NCBI GenBank assembly: GCA_951406725.2
Contig: OX597834.1
Coordinates: 35,650,001 to 35,714,000 of the forward strand
Direction of reading: 5' to 3'
From: Octopus vulgaris
Taxonomy: Eukaryota
Length of the DNA: 64,000 nucleotides
Under the pieces are notes generated by a model. The model did not search any database. It saw only the letters and a program-made list of their open reading frames with translations, and was not told the origin of the DNA. This document shows, in pieces, positions 56,405 through 64,000 of this stretch. Position 1 is the stretch's first letter. Every line of letters begins with the position of its first letter. The position numbers were made by a program, and so were the translations under genes.

Positions 56405-56557
56405 GCCAGCAGTTTCGGGGGAGAGGTTTGTCGATCCCAAGTAGTCAGCTGGTATTCATTTTATTGATTCAGAACGAATGAAAGGCAAAGTCGAACTCGG
56501 CGAAGTTTGAACTCGAAACGTAAAGACGGACGAAACGTCGCTAAGCATTTTGTCCGC
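56405..56557 (-). mobile_element. SINE A fragment
   Basis: ATGAAAGGCAAAGTCGAACTCGGCGAAGTTTGAACTC. Confidence 0.75.
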
Positions 56558-56582
56558 AATAATAATAATGATAATAATAATG

Positions 56583-56632
<50 letters not shown>

Positions 56633-56633
56633 C

Positions 56634-56675
<42 letters not shown>

Positions 56676-56977
56676 ATAATAATAATAATAATTATTATCA
56701 TTATTATTAAGGAATTCCGGAAGGACCGTCGTGAGACTACTGCAGAGACGCTTCCGGGAAAAAAAAATTCAGCAACCGTTGGAAAACCGATTATAGCAGT
56801 GACTCGAGCAATTCCTAGGGATATCTGAAGAAGGAATTTTTATATTCCGAAATGTCATATCATATCAGACTATGAATAATTAAATTATAACAGTTATTAT
56901 AATCCATTCTGTATTTTGTGCCATTCAAGACACATTATATTTTACTATTATTATTATTATTATGATTATTATTATTA

Positions 56978-57044
<67 letters not shown>

Positions 57045-57049
57045 TATTA

Positions 57050-57300
57050 AGAGAGCAGTGCATTCTATCAAAGTGAACTGGGGTAAAATATACGAAGCCC
57101 AGTATATTCATCATGACCACCCATCTGATAAGGGTACACCAGGCATATGCATCGCAACCATATGTGCGTGACATGGTGATCCCATATCAAGATTAATAGT
57201 GCATGACCTTAAAGGTGGGGTCCAGTTAGAATTACCTTCAGTTGGAGTAGCCCATCCTGCTCAAAGGGTCCCTGAATAAGGTTTCTTTTAAGGAACAAAA
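57050..57300. mobile_element. Family F partial copy, opposite orientation
   Basis: Reverse complement aligns with 50020-50265. Confidence 0.75.
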
Positions 57301-57354
57301 GAACCATGCTGAACAAAACCCCATACTGAACAAAACACCCATATATATATATAT

Positions 57355-57521
57355 ATACGACAAGCTTCTTTCAGTTTCCGTCTCTGAAATCCACTCACAA
57401 GGCTTTGGTTGGCTCAAGGCAATAGTAGAAGACAGTTGCTCAAGGTGTCACACTGTGGGACTGAACGCAGAACCATATCGATGGTAAGCAAGCTACTTAC
57501 CACATAGACACTCCTGCGCCT
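57355..57521 (-). mobile_element. SINE B 5' half
   Basis: Similar to 30775-30940. Confidence 0.82.
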
Positions 57522-57701
57522 AATAATAATTATAATGATAATGATAAATAATGATAACAACAACAACAACAATAACAATAATAGCAACAACAACAACAAC
57601 AGCAGCAGCAGCAGCAACATTAACAATAATAACGACGACGACGACGACGAGAATGAACGAGGATAATTATATGAGGATATGATATGATATATGTGTGTGC
57701 G

Positions 57702-57763
<62 letters not shown>

Positions 57764-58223
57764 TGTGTGTGTGTGGTGGGGTTATTGATTGCACAGTAAG
57801 GCTATTCAAAGACTGGAAAATCAGGATTTTTGCATTTCAAATTCTATAGTCAATTGATTGGTGTTATGGTCATACAGTTTTGTACACTCGCCACGTTGGA
57901 TGTATATTATTAACATATTGTTTGACGGAGTCGTTGTTTTTAGGATCAACACGGCCATTATACACATAATCCAACATGGCCACTATTACAGTCAGGCAGA
58001 CGTTCAACATGACGAGTATATAGATTATATATATGTATGTGTATGTGTGCATGTGTATATGTGTGTATGTTTATGCATACTACACTTGCACTTTTATGCA
58101 TACATATATACATGTATATATACATACATATATTTATGTATATACATGTGTGTGTATGTATGTGTATATGTATTGTATGTACATGCATACTACACATGCA
58201 CTATTATACATACATACATATAT

Positions 58224-58260
<37 letters not shown>

Positions 58261-58425
58261 TATATGTATGTATGTCTCTATGTATGCATGTATGTGTCTA
58301 TATATGCATGTATGTATGTATATATATATATAAATATATATGTATGTATGTATATATAGACATACATGCACACACACACACACACACGCACACACACACA
58401 CACACACAGAGTCGCACACACACAC

Positions 58426-58463
<38 letters not shown>

Positions 58464-59387
58464 ATATACGTGTGTACATATATGTATATATATATATTCA
58501 TATATATAATGTATGCACATATATCTAAATGTTGGTGTGCCTGTCCATATATATATATACATACACACACACATACACACACACAACTATATATAAATGT
58601 ATATATATATTGATATTCCCGTGCAAACATATCCTCATATAAAACGGAAAAAAAGAAAAAAAAAAAAGATTCTAATCTTCATTGAATTTTAAAATAAAAG
58701 CCCGGATCGCCGAGACGTTTGGTGAAAGACGCTAAAAATTCATTTCCAACAAAATGGAAAAAAAAACAACCCAAAACAAAACCCCCCCCCAAAAAAACAA
58801 ACAAACAAAAACCAAAAAAAAAAAAAACAAAAAAACAAAAAAAAACCCCAACGCCACTGAATTATTCCAAGAACATTCTAAATGTAATTCTTGAAGTGTA
58901 AACTTATCAATTAATTCATGCATGCAGTTGGTCCTAGACAGGGAATGAGTTAGTCATAATTAACAATGACTAATTAAAATAAAGCAAATTCTACCATGTT
59001 TTGTTGTTCTTGCACTTGTTCGTATTGGTGTAACTGTTGTTGACGTCGTGTTGTTAGTCTGTTTTATTATTCTATTAGTAATAATGATAAAGCTGACAGT
59101 CAAGCGGATTTGATTGAGTCGTAAGTTTACAGTTTGTGGTTTCAGTCGTGGCTTCGTACTTAATCCACTGAACTGAAACTCCGTCCAATCCATATCTGAG
59201 CTGCGGTTATTTTATTTTATTTTATTTGATTTTATTTTATGTATTATTTATTTATTTATTCATTTTTATTCACTCATTGCAGCCAGTGTTATATGAATCT
59301 AAGCGCGCAGTTACATATACTGGAATCAGTTCACTAATACCAAACGTCGAAAGCATGGATTTGTCAATACATATATGTGTGTATCGA

Positions 59388-59862
<475 letters not shown>

Positions 59863-60608
59863 ACACACACACACACACACACATTTTTGACGGCGCGCCA
59901 ACTATTCTGCCAGAATGCAAATATGACGACAATAACATATTGCCTTTCGTATTTATCAACACAGAAACATACTGATTGGCGAATAGGAGAAAATATAATA
60001 GAAGCTGTGTAATTTAGGACAGAGGTGCATATATGTGTGTGTATGAATGTGTGTGTGTGTGTGTATGTGTGCGTGCACAAGTGTATGGGTGTGTTTATAA
60101 AGTAATACGGACTAGGAGTTGCCCATTACGGTTTCTTAAAAATCTTGTCAATCACCAGCTCAAGTGACATATTCGAAATGTTCAAAGTGTTTTGCTCTAA
60201 ATACAGTGTAATAAATGTCGGAGGTTGGTAATTGCTACTACAAAATCTATTAGAAAGCAAAATGCAAAGACTGTTGTTCGTATCACGATATATAACAAAG
60301 TTACCATTGGTTTCCGTACGAGAATTCTTAACAATTGTCGAGCCTGCCATATTGGGACGTTGGTAATCGTCTCAATCCAAAATGTGGCAGGTTTGATAAC
60401 TGCAGAGAATTTTCGGCATGAAACCGACGGTAGCTTTCTTTACTCCATAATAAAGAATATTTATCCACCAAATGCTGTGTTGAACATTTATTCTCACTGT
60501 TCGATGTTAGCGTATACATATGCAGACGCACACAAACACACACATATGTACATAAATTACTCAGCATAGATGGCTGAGTAATATGCGTACACACATATAC
60601 ATATATAT

Positions 60609-60643
<35 letters not shown>

Positions 60644-61011
60644 ATATTAAATCTCTGAGCGAGATGTAAACAGTGGCAATACGGAATCGTAACATATAGT
60701 TGCCAACCAAGTGTGGTGTCCTATACGGGACAGTGCTACTGGCATCTATAGCTCCAAGAAGACATCCCTTCCAGCTGGCTAACGACACGCATTCTGTGTC
60801 CGATTAGTATTTGCGAGGGGAGGTCATCGCTCCCATCTCTAGCCTTACGTAATACACACAGACTCGAGTTTCACGACTCCAGTTTCGCGACACCAGTTTC
60901 ACGCCAGCACGTTCTCACCTGAAGAACGGATGAGCGCGAAACTCGTTTCACGAAGCAAGCTTTCAGTTTCAGGTTTAATAAATACTTGAGATATACATAT
61001 GTATACACATC

Positions 61012-61062
<51 letters not shown>

Positions 61063-61905
61063 GTATGTATGTATATATATATGTATATATATGTATATAT
61101 ACATATCTACATACATACATAATACATACACACGCATACATACACATACATACATACATACATACATACATACATACATACATACATACATACATACATA
61201 CATACATACTCACACACACATTCATACACACATGCATATCTCTGCAATCACTGTCTTTACTACCGCCACCGTCACCAATAGCATCTCCACCACTACCACC
61301 AACATGACCACCACCATTACCGCGAAAGGTTACATATCCCCTCCATATCAAACACTTCAATCGCCAGCAACACCGGACCACACCTCCGCCTCTAAAAACT
61401 GCCACCTTCATCACTGTCGCCTCCAGCAATGCCCACCATTACCACCTCAACCGACCACTACCACCACTGTCACACACGACCACTGCCACCGGCCACTACC
61501 ACCACCACCACCACCACCACCACCACCATTCCAAATCTCCCGGGTTAGCAAATCGTCCTGTCTCACGCTGGGAGCCTTTATTTAAACAGATCTCACTAAT
61601 TAAAAGTCATTATGTCTATGCAAACAATGGTGATGCGTTATTGATGAAGTCGCAGATTGTGTGTTTGGTATGCTAACCACTGAAATGATTAGGGTAGGAT
61701 GGTATTTGCTGAAGGGCTGCTGATTTCCCAATTCACAATCAGCTGTTCGCAATGTAATTCACTTACGAGGGTAAATGACCCCAACGTTTGCTGATTGTGT
61801 TGTGGGAATAACTGGAAGATACACACACATACACAAACACACTCATACACATGCACGCAGATACACACATGTACACATCTATACCTGCCTACATACATAC
61901 ATGTG

Positions 61906-61971
<66 letters not shown>

Positions 61972-61997
61972 GATATATATATTCTTTCTTTTTTCTT

Positions 61998-62252
61998 TCT
62001 GGAGCACCGCCTTTAGTCTAGCAAATCGACCCCGGGACTTATTCTTTGTTAGCCCAGTACTTATTTTATCCGCCTCTTTTGCCGAACCGCTAAGTGATGG
62101 GGACATAAACACACCAGCATCGGTTATCAAGCAATGCTAGGGGGACAAACACAGACACACAAACACACACACATACATATATATATATATACGACGGGCT
62201 TCTTTCAGTTTCCGTCTACCAAATCCACTCAGAAGGCATTGGTCGGCCCGGG
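61998..62252 (-). mobile_element. SINE B central part
   Basis: Similar to 30575-30840. Confidence 0.85.
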
Positions 62253-62272
62253 GCTACACAGACATACACACG

Positions 62273-62525
<253 letters not shown>

Positions 62526-63093
62526 CCGTTGCAATTTACAAATTTTCAGTCACTTTTCTCTTATCTCAGACCGTTACGGAGGCCGCGTTTGTCTCTCTGA
62601 GACCTTGTTGCTTGCGTGTGCTCGCATATTTATGTATGTATGTATGTATGTGTGTGTGTGTATGTGCGTGCGTGCGTGTATGTGTGTGTGTATATCTGCC
62701 TGTCTGTCTATGTATGTATTATCTATGCATTCAAGTATGTATTCTTCTATGAGTGTATGCCTGTGTCTGTATGTGTGTGCGTGTTCGTGTTTGTGTATGT
62801 ATGTATGTATGTATGTATGTATGTATGTATGTATGTATGTATATGTGTCTCTGTGTGTGCTATTAGTATTGGCATAATGACTCTCCCAAGACACAGCAAA
62901 ATTTGTTCCTTCAGTGATATGGGAAAGTGCATTACAGAGTCGCGATATTATCAGTAAAATTATGATATAATGTATTTATATCAGGCTTCTATATGACCAG
63001 TTATCAGTTTTGAATAACATGGCATGGCTTCAGCTTGTTATATATCAGTTCGCAGTTAAATCTATTACAATTAAATTAAGTTTATATATATAT

Positions 63094-63389
63094 AATTATT
63101 GAAGTAGATAAATGAATTATCTTATTACGGATAATTCAAATGATAACCGATACCTGGGTAGCAAAAATCACAACAGAAAAAGCACGGTTGAGGTTACGAT
63201 CATAGGGCCTAAAATCCGTGCCTTAGTGCGGAAATTTGAAGTTTTATATATTTAGTGTAGGAAGAGAAAGCTGCAAAATGGACTCCTTATTCAATCCGAA
63301 TAAGGGACTTTGCAGCCTTTGAAACATATGTAGAAAATAATAAAAAGGAATTTTGTTAAATCTTCGTTCAGCTCCATTTCTTCCTACAC

Positions 63390-63399
<10 letters not shown>
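63094..63399. mobile_element. (TA)n-nested module with a 21-bp inverted repeat and an internal hairpin
   Basis: 63245-63265 is the reverse complement of 63379-63399; hairpin at 63270-63316. The left 130 bp match 40982-41120. Confidence 0.6.
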
Positions 63400-63459
<60 letters not shown>

Positions 63460-63464
<5 letters not shown>

Positions 63465-63730
63465 AATCCAAACGGGAAAACAAAAAAACAACAACAATGG
63501 AACAATTACAGTATTATTATTAATAGGCGCTCGTGGAAATATGGAAGCAGGAAGGTATGACGTTTCGAGCGGAGCTCTTCGTCGGAAACATAAAGAAGGA
63601 AGAGAGAGGAAAGAAAGATCCCAAAGCGGGCAACAGGAGATGGAGAAAAAAACGACTGGTGTTTACGAGTTACACATGGTGAAAGGCGGAAGTTTACGAT
63701 AACAAGAGCAAAGTAGGTTTTTAAAGCCAA
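63460..63730 (-). mobile_element. Diverged family D1 copy with minimal hammerhead-like motif (63555-63589)
   Basis: Shares TATGTTTCCGACGAAGAGCTCCGCTCGAAACGT with 54690-54724 while its flanks are more diverged. Abuts (TA)n. Confidence 0.6.
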
Positions 63731-64000
63731 AAGAGTGGAGACAGGGTTGGTAACGCAACAGATGTGTGTGTATGTGTGAGTGTGTGCGTGTGCGTGTGTG
63801 TATGTGTGAGTGTGTGCGTGTGCGTGTGTGTATGTGTGTGTGAGGCGAGATAAAAAAACAAAAAATATATGTATGTGTTAGTGTGTGCGTCTGTGTGTAG
63901 GCGTGTGAGGTAGGGCGAGACAGTAGTAGGCATAGCAGACAATGGTCAGTAGTAAGAAAAAGAAGGAAGGAGGAAGGGAGGGAGGGGAAGGGGTGGGGGC

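Overview
Eukaryotic, microsatellite-saturated animal DNA. The repeat families and simple-repeat load point to an octopod cephalopod (Octopus sp.); this is inferred from remembered repeat sequences, not from a search. Almost all ORFs in the supplied track are translations of (TA)n, (CA)n, (TATG)n, (TATC)n, (CAC)n or (AAT)n tracts and are not genes. Supported content: (1) a probable first coding exon on the minus strand (36625-36449, 59 codons, CAG|GTGAGT donor), a phase-compatible 54-nt exon at 10447-10394 and a possible 10-nt microexon at 4118-4109, which would make most of 1-36.4 kb intronic; (2) about 30 copies or fragments of at least four tRNA-headed SINE families, called A, B, C and E here; (3) decayed LINEs (two CR1/L2-group, RTE-BovB-like, Tx1-like, two R4/Dong-like), mariner remnants and a Penelope GIY-YIG remnant; (4) many short modules nested in (TA)n, several carrying hammerhead-ribozyme motifs, pLTR-like direct repeats or terminal inversions, consistent with non-autonomous Penelope-like elements. 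Most notable: a near-canonical type I hammerhead at 43457-43516, a multi-copy minimal hammerhead with variant cores, a LINE and a SINE sharing a covarying 3' stem-loop, and several long hairpins and inverted SINE pairs inside the inferred intron.
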